A stretch of 64,000 nt of DNA from Escherichia coli (lineage in GTDB: Bacteria > Pseudomonadota > Gammaproteobacteria > Enterobacterales > Enterobacteriaceae): the NCBI RefSeq assembly GCF_050920415.1, contig NZ_CP169309.1. One strand, 5' to 3'. Numbering within the stretch: the stretch's first letter is position 1; each line of letters opens with the position of its first letter. The position numbers were made by a program, and so were the translations under genes. Positions 21,140 to 32,942 of the stretch are shown here, piece after piece. Under the pieces are notes generated by a model. It ran no database searches and was not told where the DNA came from. It was given only the letters and a program-made list of their open reading frames with translations.

Positions 21140-24100
21140 TTATTTCATCGCCTCCTCGCCCGTTGCCGTATTGGCATCCACCGCGGTAATGGTCACCGTC
21201 ACTGGCTTCATTTCGTACCCGCCATAAGTCAGGGCGTTAAATGTGAACGTATAGACACCAGGCTTGCTGGTACTAAATGTACGCGTGATTTTTCCGCTCA
21301 CGAAATGGTCATTTTTCGACGGCAGGAACTGATAATCCTTCTCCGTCACCCCTTCCGGCGTCTGAATGTCAACCCACATATTCCCCCCAACAGGGTTGTT
21401 TGCCGACATCAGGGTAACCTTCAGCGTTGCGGTCGATTCCCCATCTGCCACCAGAGATTCCATATCAGATGTTGCGGTGAGTACCGCATTTTTATCATCC
21501 GCCACGAAACTGGATTCAGCCGTTTTCGTTGATACCTGACCGTTGTCCTGACTCACTTGCGCCGTAAGTGTATATTTCGCTGCAACAGTCGTGGTGGCGG
21601 TGAAAATAGCCTGCCCTTGCTCATTCGTTGTCGCTGTGCCATTCGGTTCCAGGTTTAACGAAGCCGGGCTGGCGGTCAGCGTCACTTCGCTATCTTTCAA
21701 CAAATTGTTATTGGCATCAGTCACCGTAACTTTATACGTCTGTTTGGCTTTGCCATCCGCCACTGCACGGTTGCCAATCACCTCAATACTGGAGATGGTC
21801 GCCGTAGTCTTATCCGCCACAAACGTAATGCTCTTCGCGTCTGAAGGCTGGTTATTTCCTGCTGAAGCCGTGATCTCATACGTTCCGGCAGTCACTGAAA
21901 CCACCTGCAACTCTGCTTTCCCTTCATCGTTGGCTTTCACCCAGACATTATCACCTGTAAGTGGCTTGACGCCCCGAGGCAGATTAAAGGTCACCAGAGT
22001 TCCTGGAACAGGGTTACCGTTTTTATCCTCAACGGTCGCCGTCAGCGTAAAGGCATCTTTGCCGTTTGCCACTTTTTGAGCGGCAGTGTCAACCTGCAGG
22101 TTTGCCTGACCGGTGCTGGCGTCTGCGTTGAATTTCACCGTGACCGTCTTCTGAGAGTTTTTCACCGCGGCCGCGATTTCAAGTTCCCCTGCAACGGTTG
22201 ATATCAACTCAATATCCGCTTTACCTGCCGCATTGGTTGTTACTGTATTCCCCGTCTTGCTAGTCACACCCTGCGGTAAAGTCAGCGTAACTTCTTGCCC
22301 CTGCAACGGGTTACCATAGCTGTCCACGACGGTCAGGGTTACCTGGTTAGCAGACTGTCCATTTGCCAGTTGGTTATTCACCTTCACCGCCATATCACTG
22401 ATCACTGCCCGGGAAGCGTCGCCTGCAACATTCAGCATCAGTGGCTGAGCAACGGCATTTTGGCCGTTCACGCGTGGCATGACAGACAACTGACCTGCAG
22501 CCGATCCCAGCGTTAAGGTCGCCACGTAGACCCCATTACTTTGCTCTGTCCAGCTTCCAGCTGAAGGTCGCTCTGATCCCGTGCTGGCGGCACCGCTAAA
22601 CACGGGTGCATCTGGCTTCAGCCCGGTGACCGGGTTCCCGTACGCATCCTTCACGGTGAAGGTGAGTTCCGTCGTCGTTTTGACGACCGGAGCCTTATTG
22701 TCCGCAACAAGCGTAGAGTTCGCTGATGACATCTCCCCGGCAATAACAGTCAGCTGCGCGGCTTCGGTGGCTGCTGGCTGGCCGTTGAAGAGCGGCATGA
22801 CACGAAGCTCGCCCGTCTTTCCGCCTGTAGTTAACGTAGCAACATAGGAACCGTCACCTTTTTCGGTCCAACTGGAAACGGTCGCCCCTTCAGAGGCGGT
22901 CCCCGTCAAACTTGCCGACAACGAAAGACCACTAATAGCGTTGCCATGCGCATCTTTTGCAATAAGCGTCACGGTTGTGCTTTCGCCTGCTTTTACGCGA
23001 TCTGCGGCTACAGACACTGTCGACTGGCCTGAAGATAACGCATCAGCCACCACGGTCACTTTAGCCGCATTCGCTGCCGCGTCCTGCCCATTGAGCTTCG
23101 GCATAACCTCTAATTCACCCGCCGTAGAGCCGAGAGTAATTTGCGCAGTCCACGTCCCATCACCATTATTTGTCCAGCCAGATGCCGTAGAACCAGCAGC
23201 TGCTGCGCCCGATAATGACGGTGCATCCGGATTGAGGCCAGTTACAGGGTTGTCATTAGCATCTTTTGCCGTCCAGATTGCCGTAACTGTACCGCCAACC
23301 ACCGGTTTATCAGGATTCAGGGTGATGGACGAATGTGCTGCATCAAGCGGCCCGGCAACAAACTTCAGCGTTTGTTGTAACGTGCCCAGCTGATACTGCT
23401 CGCTGAAGGCACGCACAACAACGTTTCCGGCACGGGTCGAAGAAACCGTGGCGCTGTAAACCCCTGGTTTTATTTCCGAAATGGCACCAACGGTTACACC
23501 ATTAGTGTCTTGCGGAACAAGTCGCAGGCGGCTGGCTTCTCCCGTCACCGGATTACCCTCGGAGTCCACCGCTGTCAGTGTCAGCGTGTAGGCTTGCTGA
23601 CCATCAGCAACCACATCACCTGACGGCTCGTTAGCGCTCAGGGTGGAGTTTGCCACATCCATCATCGTGGCCCGCAGTTCTGCAGTGACAGTTTTGCTCA
23701 TGTCATCAACGCTAACAGTAATCGTTACCTCACCTGACTGCGTTCCGGTAGTAAAGACAGACTGATACACCCCTGCTTCAGTTTCGGTGAACTCACCCAG
23801 TGTGGGTTTTGCCTGTGATTTAGTGGCCTTCAGGGTACGAGTCACAATATTTCCAGCCGGTTTGAAGGTTAGTTCAGTCTTGATCTGATCTTTCATGCCC
23901 GTGACTGGCTGGCCCTCGGCGTCGCGCAGAGACAGCACCAGCGGCTTTTGCTCATTACCGTTAGCAAGCATTTGAATACTGCTCTGACCGTCAAGCGTTA
24001 ACGCCGTACGATCGGCGCTCATACCAGCTCCGCTAATAACCACTTCTGTCTGCACACGTTTCGAGGCATTGCCTTTGTTATCGTAGGCAACTGCTGAAAT

Positions 24101-25393
24101 CGCATAATAATTGTCTTTGCCTGGACGGTAAGCCGGGAGCGTTACTTGCCACTGACTACCCTGACCGGTAATTTTGCCACCTTCAGCCAGTAATGACGGC
24201 GCTTCCCACTGCACATTTTTCAGTCCGTGAGTTGCTTTGCTGACCACAAGCCCCAGGGAAACCGTCTGACCGCCCTTGCCTTCAATACGCTCAGGCAGAG
24301 CAATACGGATCACTTCAGATTTGCGGTACTCAAGAACGATGTTGTTATTACGCTCAACCAGGTCATAGCGGCTGCCTGCCAGCATTCGACGCTCGCGAAT
24401 GCTGTCTGTATCGAGTTGTTTTTGCAGAGGTTCGCCAATTCGGTAGTTAACTTCCAGGCCAAAGCGAGTGTCATTCTCACCACTCTTGCCCTGCTTATGC
24501 CCGGCGCTCAGTGTCAGAAGAGGCACTGGTGTATAGGTTACCTCGGCAGAAATAGCATGCGGGTCTTTCTGGCGTTTATCTTTACCAAACAGCCCGACTT
24601 CATCGCCATAATACTGCTCATACATCAGGCTTGCGCCAAGCTGCGGCCAGGCAGGTAAATAGCCCTCAGCACGAATATCCCAGCCATTCGCCGGGCGTTC
24701 CTGATAATCCTCAACATCCGGCGATTTTTTCCAGCCAGAAGCCCGGATATAACCATTGGCGCTCAGTTTCAAATAATCACGCCAGTATTCCGCACCAACA
24801 CCAATGCGGGTATGACTACGGGATAAATCATGATCGATAAAAGTATTCACCCCCGCCATCCAGTCATTTCCTGAAAAATGACGCCAGCCAAAACCAATAT
24901 TTGACTGAGTACGATCGTCGGTACGATGTATTGCCCCCTGAGTGAACAACATATTTGTCGGCGTGTCATAAATCGGATAAAGCATTTCCAGCGAAGAATC
25001 CTTCAGCGAGAAATCTTTATCGACATTCAGTTTGACGCGCGCTGTACCATATTTCCCGAGCCACTCCTGTATTTCCTGGTTAGCTTTAGCGGTGGCCATT
25101 CCGGTAATAAAGTTACGTGTCGCATCGCTATCTGGCTGACTGCTTAAAAATGTCCCGGCATTTGCGGCAAACGACGCGACATTTTTCTCCACATTATTAT
25201 CAGCAGCTACCGTGGTATTTTCCATGCTCAACCGTGGCTGAACCGCATGCTGCGCGCGTGCTGCCATTACTGGGGTAAAGGTGACAGCGAGTGGGAAAAG
25301 AACCTGAACAGAGATATTTGCCCACGCCACGCAGCGGGCCAGAACTGAATAACGAAATCGTGGTTGTTTATGACCTGTTTTATAACGTGACAT
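21140..25393 (-). CDS. fdeC: Intimin/invasin-family adhesin FdeC (EaeH), full length 1417 aa
   Basis: N-terminal signal and beta-barrel region followed by many Ig-like (Big) repeats; uninterrupted ORF. Confidence 0.9.
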   Translation of the reverse strand: MSRYKTGHKQPRFRYSVLARCVAWANISVQVLFPLAVTFTPVMAARAQHAVQPRLSMENTTVAADNNVEKNVASFAANAGTFLSSQPDSDATRNFITGMATAKANQEIQEWLGKYGTARVKLNVDKDFSLKDSSLEMLYPIYDTPTNMLFTQGAIHRTDDRTQSNIGFGWRHFSGNDWMAGVNTFIDHDLSRSHTRIGVGAEYWRDYLKLSANGYIRASGWKKSPDVEDYQERPANGWDIRAEGYLPAWPQLGASLMYEQYYGDEVGLFGKDKRQKDPHAISAEVTYTPVPLLTLSAGHKQGKSGENDTRFGLEVNYRIGEPLQKQLDTDSIRERRMLAGSRYDLVERNNNIVLEYRKSEVIRIALPERIEGKGGQTVSLGLVVSKATHGLKNVQWEAPSLLAEGGKITGQGSQWQVTLPAYRPGKDNYYAISAVAYDNKGNASKRVQTEVVISGAGMSADRTALTLDGQSSIQMLANGNEQKPLVLSLRDAEGQPVTGMKDQIKTELTFKPAGNIVTRTLKATKSQAKPTLGEFTETEAGVYQSVFTTGTQSGEVTITVSVDDMSKTVTAELRATMMDVANSTLSANEPSGDVVADGQQAYTLTLTAVDSEGNPVTGEASRLRLVPQDTNGVTVGAISEIKPGVYSATVSSTRAGNVVVRAFSEQYQLGTLQQTLKFVAGPLDAAHSSITLNPDKPVVGGTVTAIWTAKDANDNPVTGLNPDAPSLSGAAAAGSTASGWTNNGDGTWTAQITLGSTAGELEVMPKLNGQDAAANAAKVTVVADALSSGQSTVSVAADRVKAGESTTVTLIAKDAHGNAISGLSLSASLTGTASEGATVSSWTEKGDGSYVATLTTGGKTGELRVMPLFNGQPAATEAAQLTVIAGEMSSANSTLVADNKAPVVKTTTELTFTVKDAYGNPVTGLKPDAPVFSGAASTGSERPSAGSWTEQSNGVYVATLTLGSAAGQLSVMPRVNGQNAVAQPLMLNVAGDASRAVISDMAVKVNNQLANGQSANQVTLTVVDSYGNPLQGQEVTLTLPQGVTSKTGNTVTTNAAGKADIELISTVAGELEIAAAVKNSQKTVTVKFNADASTGQANLQVDTAAQKVANGKDAFTLTATVEDKNGNPVPGTLVTFNLPRGVKPLTGDNVWVKANDEGKAELQVVSVTAGTYEITASAGNNQPSDAKSITFVADKTTATISSIEVIGNRAVADGKAKQTYKVTVTDANNNLLKDSEVTLTASPASLNLEPNGTATTNEQGQAIFTATTTVAAKYTLTAQVSQDNGQVSTKTAESSFVADDKNAVLTATSDMESLVADGESTATLKVTLMSANNPVGGNMWVDIQTPEGVTEKDYQFLPSKNDHFVSGKITRTFSTSKPGVYTFTFNALTYGGYEMKPVTVTITAVDANTATGEEAMK

Positions 25394-26506
25394 TGAGATA
25401 ATTTCCTGATGAACGAATTAACGAACATAGGCAGACACAAATAATGGCGTCTGCTTGTCAGAAAAACCGGGATTTCCCGGTTTCCTTTTCCGCAGAAAAG
25501 GAAATACCTTTATGTAAGAAAGTACACCGCCACCTAATATATCCAGTGCCTGTAGCCACTCATCAGGTGGTTGGGCGCGGGATTATATTTTTATTTATGG
25601 GTGAGAATTTAGCTTTTTGTGCAAACCATTAAATAGATACCTAAGTTATCTTTCTTACTCTGCGGATAGTGAATAATTCATTATTCAGAGTGAATAATAA
25701 TGACCTGCTTTTAATTTACCACGATTGGAAATACGTCGAAGTAGGTATATACGCCAGGATAAACCAATGTATTTTTTATGGATATTCATTTTTCTTCATC
25801 GGACTGTAAATTCCGGGGATATCGAACTTGCACGACTAATCTCAACCCTCAAACAGATTTATGAATTTTGTTCATAACCCCTGACAAATCCTGCCGTCTA
25901 ATCGAGCTTTTCCCTTTACGTTATGCTTCTCATGAACGATAACACAACTTGTTCCTGAATTAACCATTCCGGATAAACTATGGGATCAAATTCAGGCATC
26001 GAAAGGAACTGGCTGGTTTCCGTTAATGGATTAAATATCTATTACTCTCCCGAGAGTAAAACTATCAAACCAATGAGTAACCGATACAGCCTCGCAAATT
26101 CTTTCAGATAATTAACCCGTCACTGCGGCACGTTCTCTCATAAGGCGTGCCTGCTGTGTAATCCAGTATGTATCCGGCATACTTGACGGTTTAATAGAAC
26201 TCAATTCCTTTCCCAGGTTACCAACAACGATATCTTGTATAACATCCCAGGAGATACGACATTATGATGAGATGAGGTATGCTCCTCAGCGCCAATCAAC
26301 GCCAGGGCTGGGCCAGTTTTGAGATCAGACTCATTCCCGGACTGACTTCAGGCGACATATATCAATGACGTTGGGGCAATAAAAGATAGCCGATGTAATA
26401 CATCTATTCAAATTTGTGATACATGTCAAAAAATTGGTTGACCAAACTCGTTATTTATATAAGGGCACTTACGAAGTGCACTCTTTTTTAAAGCGAGGAA
26501 GTACCA

Positions 26507-26608
26507 ATGAAAGAGAATAAAGTACAGCAAATCAGTCATAAACTGATTAATATCGTTGTTTTTGTCGCAATTGTAGAATACGCCTATTTATTTCTCCATT
26601 TCTATTAA
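26507..26608 (+). CDS. ykgR: Small membrane protein YkgR (33 aa)
   Basis: ATG at 26507, MKENKVQQISHKLINIVVFVAIVEYAYLFLHFY; not in ORF track (below size cut-off); symbol from memory. Confidence 0.55.
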   Translation: MKENKVQQISHKLINIVVFVAIVEYAYLFLHFY

Positions 26609-26943
26609 TAACGGCAATAAACTGTTCACTTCAGTGATATTTAAAATATGCATCCTCTCCCTTTTTTTTAAGTAATTATTATATCCGTGGGAGAGGAATA
26701 CACGCTGTCAGGTAATCAATCAAACTGCGATAAATCATCGGCCAGTAAAGTGGAGATAGCCTCCATTCTCGAAAAATTCATACTCTCAGCGAAACCATCA
26801 TCAATCACTCATCCAGGCGTTTATGGGAGCGTCGCCAATGGCTGCTAACAATGCCAGACTTCCCCGTTGCCGAAATTCCACATACCACAAATGGTCACAG
26901 GGATTGGGTGTTGAAATGATCCGGATGAGCATGTATCTTTACG

Positions 26944-26961
26944 GTTATGTTATAACATAAC
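26944..26961. promoter_or_regulatory. Zur box (zinc uptake regulator operator) upstream of ykgM-ykgO
   Basis: Perfect 18-bp palindrome GTTATGTTATAACATAAC ending 8 nt before start codon; matches Zur-box core. Confidence 0.75.
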
Positions 26962-26969
26962 AGGTAAAA

Positions 26970-27236
26970 ATGATGAAACCCAATATCCATCCTGAGTATC
27001 GTACTGTGGTGTTCCATGACACCAGTGTTGATGAGTACTTTAAAATCGGCTCGACTATCAAAACAGACCGTGAGATTGAGCTGGATGGCGTAACGTATCC
27101 GTACGTGACAATTGATGTCTCTTCGAAATCGCACCCGTTCTATACAGGGAAGCTGAGAACAGTGGCATCAGAAGGAAATGTTACACGATTCACCCAACGT
27201 TTTGGTCGTTTTGTTAGCACGAAAAAGGGGGCGTGA
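26970..27236 (+). CDS. ykgM: Ribosomal protein L31 paralog (type B, zinc-independent)
   Basis: 88 aa [11 protein letters not shown]...; lacks CxxC zinc ribbon; second ATG at 26973 may be the true start. Confidence 0.9.
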   Translation: MMKPNIHPEYRTVVFHDTSVDEYFKIGSTIKTDREIELDGVTYPYVTIDVSSKSHPFYTGKLRTVASEGNVTRFTQRFGRFVSTKKGA

Positions 27237-27376
27237 TGAAAGTCCTTAACTCTCTGCGTACCGCAAAAGAACGCCATCCAGACTGTCAGATTGTGAAGCG
27301 AAAAGGACGGCTGTATGTGATTTGTAAATCTAATCCACGTTTTAAGGCCGTTCAGGGGCGTAAGAAAAAGCGTTGA
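27236..27376 (+). CDS. ykgO: Ribosomal protein L36 paralog (zinc-independent)
   Basis: 46-aa [49 protein letters not shown], start overlaps ykgM stop (ATGA-like coupling); read by hand. Confidence 0.85.
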   Translation: MKVLNSLRTAKERHPDCQIVKRKGRLYVICKSNPRFKAVQGRKKKR

Positions 27377-27404
27377 TTCATAATTCGCCGAATTAACGAT
27401 ATTT

Positions 27405-27461
27405 GTCTGATTAATAATCAGACCGGATTAATGTTGGTGTGTTTATAACACCAACATTAAT
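27405..27461 (+). other. Two adjacent palindromic elements downstream of ykgO (19-bp palindrome and a 14-bp-stem hairpin); possible atypical terminator or protein-binding site
   Basis: GTCTGATTAATAATCAGAC then ATTAATGTTGGTGT-loop-ACACCAACATTAAT; no U-tract. Confidence 0.4.
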
Positions 27462-28392
27462 TTCCTGGGGATATATTCTTCCTGTTCATTTGAGGTCAAC
27501 TGCCTGACGTTTCTCTCCGAATATTCCATTATCTTAATGTTGACTTGTTGACCAACTTCGCCCCTGTATGCTGGTATCAACTCTCTTTTAGACTGAACAA
27601 GCCACTCCGCCCCCTCCCTTTGCGGAGCAGCCTGCATTTACACTCAAACTGTTAAGAAGATAAATGTGGTAAATCTGTTGGTACTAACATAAAAACGTTT
27701 ACGCCACAGGAACAGCCTGATCCACCGGTAACCCCATCGCCGACGTTCGAGTGCCAGTTAGAGTAACGCGCACAGATGACTGCACGCAGTGCCCTGTCAA
27801 AGAGGCCATCGTTCCTGTGACAGCTGGCAGCCTTCGTTTAACTTCACTTAATTTGGCTCTTGGGGGGCTTACCGAACAGATGACGTAGTCACACCTATTC
27901 AATTTATCACCACTTATTGGAGTAAACACCCATAACCATTTTGTGCGGCATGTTAATCCATTAAAACACCTTATTGATTGTCAAATCTTCTTTAATGATG
28001 GCCAATAATAGTTTTATGTTCTATTTATTATCATTAAAAATTGTTTTTTTACTAGTCGAGCACAAAACGCATTAAGACTATTCCTAACACCTCAGGGCAA
28101 AGTTCCTGGCTAATATAAAATGCAAGTAAGAATTGAACGTTATATTGCCAATAACCTTATGAAACTGAATGTCTTTTTCTTCTTATCAAAAAAGCAATAT
28201 TTTCATTTTTAGTAAATATTGACTTAACCATGGAATTCCTTTTCTGTTCACATATTGACACTCATCAGGAAAAAAACATAAATTTAAGCCCAATCGAAAA
28301 TAATTAAAACTTAATCTCGTTTAACCTATATTGATATGTGCTACGTATCTTATTTACTTCCGATTTACTAACAACACTGAATGTACCTGTAA

Positions 28393-29004
<612 letters not shown>

Positions 29005-29078
29005 ACTCCAGGCAAGTTAGTTTTAAAAAATGACTCACAGGGACATCATGTCCTCAATTTAACTCGGGAAGAAAAGCA

Positions 29079-29666
29079 ATGAAAAAAAAGGTTCTGGCAA
29101 TAGCTCTGGTAACGGTGTTTACCGGCATGGGTGTGGCGCAGGCTGCTGACGTAACAGCTCAGGCTGTAGCGACCTGGTCGGCAACAGCCAAAAAAGACAC
29201 CACCAGTAAACTGGTTGTGACGCCACTCGGTAGCCTGGCGTTCCAGTATGCCGAAGGCATTAAAGGCTTTAACTCACAGAAAGGTCTATTTGACGTGGCT
29301 ATTGAGGGTGACTCAACGGCTACCGCCTTTAAACTGACCTCACGTCTTATCACCAACACCTTAACCCAGTTGGATACCTCAGGTTCCACACTGAATGTGG
29401 GCGTGGATTATAACGGCGCGGCAGTCGAAAAAACTGGCGATACCGTGATGATCGATACCGCCAACGGCGTACTGGGCGGCAACCTTAGCCCGCTGGCTAA
29501 CGATTACAATGCCAGCAATCGTACCACCGCACAGGATGGTTTCACCTTCTCCATCATCAGCGGTACCACCAATGGTACCACCGCAGTAACCGATTACAGC
29601 ACTCTACCGGAAGGCATCTGGAGCGGCGACGTTAGCGTACAGTTCGACGCGACCTGGACCAGTTGA
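29079..29666 (+). CDS. ecpA: E. coli common pilus major subunit
   Basis: 195 aa secreted pilin with signal peptide. Confidence 0.9.
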   Translation: MKKKVLAIALVTVFTGMGVAQAADVTAQAVATWSATAKKDTTSKLVVTPLGSLAFQYAEGIKGFNSQKGLFDVAIEGDSTATAFKLTSRLITNTLTQLDTSGSTLNVGVDYNGAAVEKTGDTVMIDTANGVLGGNLSPLANDYNASNRTTAQDGFTFSIISGTTNGTTAVTDYSTLPEGIWSGDVSVQFDATWTS

Positions 29667-29722
29667 TCTCTTTGATGTACCAGCAGGGGTAACCCCCTGC
29701 TTTATTCCTGGACGGAATTGTT

Positions 29723-30391
29723 ATGAAAAAGCACCTTCTGCCTCTCGCTCTGCTGTTTGCCGGAATATCTCCGGCCCAGGCGCTGGATGTCGGCGATATA
29801 TCATCGTTTATGAACAGTGACAGCAGCACGCTGAGCAAAACAATCAAAAACAGTACCGACAGTGGTCGCCTCATCAATATCCGTCTCGAACGGCTCTCTT
29901 CACCGCTTGACGACGGGCAGGTTATCGCAATGGACAAGCCGGATGAGTTGCTACTCACTCCCGCCAGCTTGCTGCTACCCGCCCAAGCCAGCGAAGTGAT
30001 CCGCTTCTTCTATAAGGGACCAGTAGATGAAAAAGAGCGCTACTACCGCATTGTCTGGTTTGATCAGGCCCTCAGTGATGCGCAGCGCGATAATGCCAAC
30101 CGCAGCGCTGTAGCCACTGCTTCCGCCCGCATCGGCACCATTCTGGTCGTCGCCCCCCGCCAGGCGAACTACCGCTTTCAGTACGCCAACGGCTCCCTGA
30201 CAAATACAGGAAATGCGACGCTGCGGATCCTCGCCTACGGCCCCTGCCTGAAAGCCGCCAATGGTAAGGAGTGTAAAGAGAACTACTACCTGATGCCGGG
30301 CAAGTCGCGTCGTTTTACCCGCGTGGACACGGCGGATAACAAAGGACGGGTTGCACTTTGGCAGGGTGATAAGTTCATTCCCGTGAAATAG
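29723..30391 (+). CDS. ecpB: ECP periplasmic chaperone
   Basis: 222 aa, signal peptide, chaperone-usher operon position. Confidence 0.85.
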   Translation: MKKHLLPLALLFAGISPAQALDVGDISSFMNSDSSTLSKTIKNSTDSGRLINIRLERLSSPLDDGQVIAMDKPDELLLTPASLLLPAQASEVIRFFYKGPVDEKERYYRIVWFDQALSDAQRDNANRSAVATASARIGTILVVAPRQANYRFQYANGSLTNTGNATLRILAYGPCLKAANGKECKENYYLMPGKSRRFTRVDTADNKGRVALWQGDKFIPVK

Positions 30392-30416
30392 ATAGCTGTG
30401 CAGATGGATAACGACA

Positions 30417-32942
30417 ATGCCTTTACGACGGTTCTCCCCAGGACTGAAAGCCCAGTTTGCCTTCGGCATGGTCTTTTTGTTCGTTCAACCCGATGCCAGC
30501 GCTGCTGACATAAGCGCGCAGCAAATAGGTGGGGTGATTATTCCGCAGGCCTTCAGTCAGGCGCTTCAGGACGGCATGAGCGTCCCGCTCTATATTCATC
30601 TTGCCGGTAGCCAGGGTCGCCAGGACGATCAGCGAATCGGCAGCGCTTTTATCTGGTTGGATGATGGACAGTTACGCATCCGGAAAATACAGCTGGAAGA
30701 GAGTGAAGATAACGCCAGTGTCAGCGAACAAACTCGACAGCAGCTGATGGATCTGGCGAACACCCCGTTCAATGAGGCCCTTACCATCCCCCTGACTGAC
30801 AACGCGCAGTTGGATCTCAGCTTGCGCCAACTGCTGCTGCAGCTGGTGGTCAAGCGCGAAGCACTGGGCACCGTACTACGCTCACGTAGCGAAGACATCG
30901 GGCAATCCAGTGTTAACACCCTCAGCAGTAACCTGAGCTATAACTTCGGCATCTATAACAACCAGTTGCGTAACGGCGGGAACAATACATCCAGCTATCT
31001 GTCGCTAAATAACGTGACAGCACTGCGCGAACATCATGTGGTACTCGACGGCTCGCTGTATGGGATCGGTAGCGGTCAACAGGACAGTGAATTATATAAA
31101 GCGATGTATGAACGCGATTTTGCTGGTCACCGATTTGCCGGTGGAATGCTCGACACCTGGAACTTGCAGTCCTTAGGGCCGATGACCGCCATTTCAGCAG
31201 GGAAGATTTACGGCCTTTCCTGGGGAAACCAGGCCAGCTCCACCATCTTCGACAGCAGCCAGTCGGCCACGCCAGTGATCGCCTTTTTACCTGCAGCGGG
31301 CGAAGTACATCTCACCCGTGATGGGCGGTTACTGAGTGTTCAGAACTTCACCATGGGCAATCATGAAGTGGATACCCGAGGTCTACCGTACGGTATTTAC
31401 GATGTGGAAGTTGAGGTCATCGTTAACGGTCGCGTGATCAGCAAACGCACCCAGCGGGTCAATAAGCTGTTTAGCCGGGGGCGCGGTGTCGGTGCGCCGC
31501 TGGCGTGGCAGATATGGGGCGGCAGCTTTCATATGGATCGCTGGTCGGAAAACGGGAAAAAGACGCGACCAGCTAAAGAGAGTTGGCTAGCAGGAGCCTC
31601 GACCTCCGGCTCACTGAGTACGCTTAGTTGGGCGGCAACGGGATATGGGTACGATAATCAGGCAGTGGGTGAAACCCGTCTGACGCTGCCGCTTGGGGGA
31701 GCAATCAACGTTAACCTGCAAAACATGCTGGCCAGTGACAGCTCATGGAGCAATATCGGCAACATCAGCGCCACACTACCGGGAGGCTTTAGTTCACTGT
31801 GGGTTAATCAGGAAAAAACCCGCATTGGCAATCAATTGCGACGTAGCGATGCCGACAACCGTGCAATCGGCGGCACACTCAACCTGAACTCACTGTGGTC
31901 GAAGCTGGGCACATTCAGCATCAGCTACAATGATGACCGCCGTTACAACAGCCATTATTACACGGCAGATTACTATCAAAATGTCTACAGCGGTACCTTT
32001 GGTTCGCTTGGCCTGCGGGCCGGTATTCAGCGCTATAACAACGGCGACAGCAGCGCCAATACAGGGAAATATATCGCTCTCGATCTCTCGCTACCACTGG
32101 GCAACTGGTTTAGCGCAGGGATGACCCATCAAAACGGCTACACCATGGCAAACCTGTCAGCACGCAAACAGTTTGATGAAGGAACCATTCGCACTTTTGG
32201 TGCCAATCTGTCACGAGCCATCTCCGGCGATACCGGTGATGACAAAACTCTCAGTGGTGGGGCGTATGCACAGTTCGACGCTCGTTACGCCAGCGGAACG
32301 CTGAACGTCAATAGCGCGGCGGACGGCTACGTCAATACCAACTTAACTGCCAATGGCAGCGTTGGCTGGCAGGGTAAAAACATTGCTGCCAGCGGGCGGA
32401 CTGATGGCAACGCCGGGGTGATATTCAATACCGGGCTGGAGGACGACGGTCAGATCAGCGCCAAAATCAACGGACGGATTTTCCCGCTTAACGGCAAGCG
32501 CAACTACCTCCCGCTCTCTCCGTATGGGAGATATGAGGTGGAGTTGCAGAACAGCAAAAACTCACTCGACAGCTACGATATCGTCAGCGGCCGCAAAAGC
32601 CATCTGACCCTCTATCCAGGCAATGTCGCCGTCATTGAGCCAGAGGTGAAGCAGATGGTTACCGTCTCCGGTCGTATCCGTGCAGAAGACGGCACAGTGC
32701 TGGCTAACGCACGGATTAACAACCATATCGGCCGAACCCGAACCGATGAAAACGGCGAGTTTGTCATGGACGTGGATAAGAAATACCCCACTATCGATTT
32801 TCGCTACAGTGGCAATAAAACCTGCGAAGTGGCACTGGAACTCAACCAGGCGCGCGGTGCCGTCTGGGTCGGTGATGTGGTCTGCAGCGGCCTCTCATCG
32901 TGGGCGGCGGTGACGCAGACAGGAGAAGAGAATGAGAGTTAA
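30417..32942 (+). CDS. ecpC: ECP outer-membrane usher
   Basis: 841 aa usher-sized beta-barrel protein. Confidence 0.9.
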   Translation: MPLRRFSPGLKAQFAFGMVFLFVQPDASAADISAQQIGGVIIPQAFSQALQDGMSVPLYIHLAGSQGRQDDQRIGSAFIWLDDGQLRIRKIQLEESEDNASVSEQTRQQLMDLANTPFNEALTIPLTDNAQLDLSLRQLLLQLVVKREALGTVLRSRSEDIGQSSVNTLSSNLSYNFGIYNNQLRNGGNNTSSYLSLNNVTALREHHVVLDGSLYGIGSGQQDSELYKAMYERDFAGHRFAGGMLDTWNLQSLGPMTAISAGKIYGLSWGNQASSTIFDSSQSATPVIAFLPAAGEVHLTRDGRLLSVQNFTMGNHEVDTRGLPYGIYDVEVEVIVNGRVISKRTQRVNKLFSRGRGVGAPLAWQIWGGSFHMDRWSENGKKTRPAKESWLAGASTSGSLSTLSWAATGYGYDNQAVGETRLTLPLGGAINVNLQNMLASDSSWSNIGNISATLPGGFSSLWVNQEKTRIGNQLRRSDADNRAIGGTLNLNSLWSKLGTFSISYNDDRRYNSHYYTADYYQNVYSGTFGSLGLRAGIQRYNNGDSSANTGKYIALDLSLPLGNWFSAGMTHQNGYTMANLSARKQFDEGTIRTFGANLSRAISGDTGDDKTLSGGAYAQFDARYASGTLNVNSAADGYVNTNLTANGSVGWQGKNIAASGRTDGNAGVIFNTGLEDDGQISAKINGRIFPLNGKRNYLPLSPYGRYEVELQNSKNSLDSYDIVSGRKSHLTLYPGNVAVIEPEVKQMVTVSGRIRAEDGTVLANARINNHIGRTRTDENGEFVMDVDKKYPTIDFRYSGNKTCEVALELNQARGAVWVGDVVCSGLSSWAAVTQTGEENES

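Noticed and set aside
27539..27580. Sigma-70 promoter TTGACT...TATGCT downstream of ykgO
   Set aside because: Spacer between the hexamers is about 21 nt, outside the 16-19 nt range, so not called
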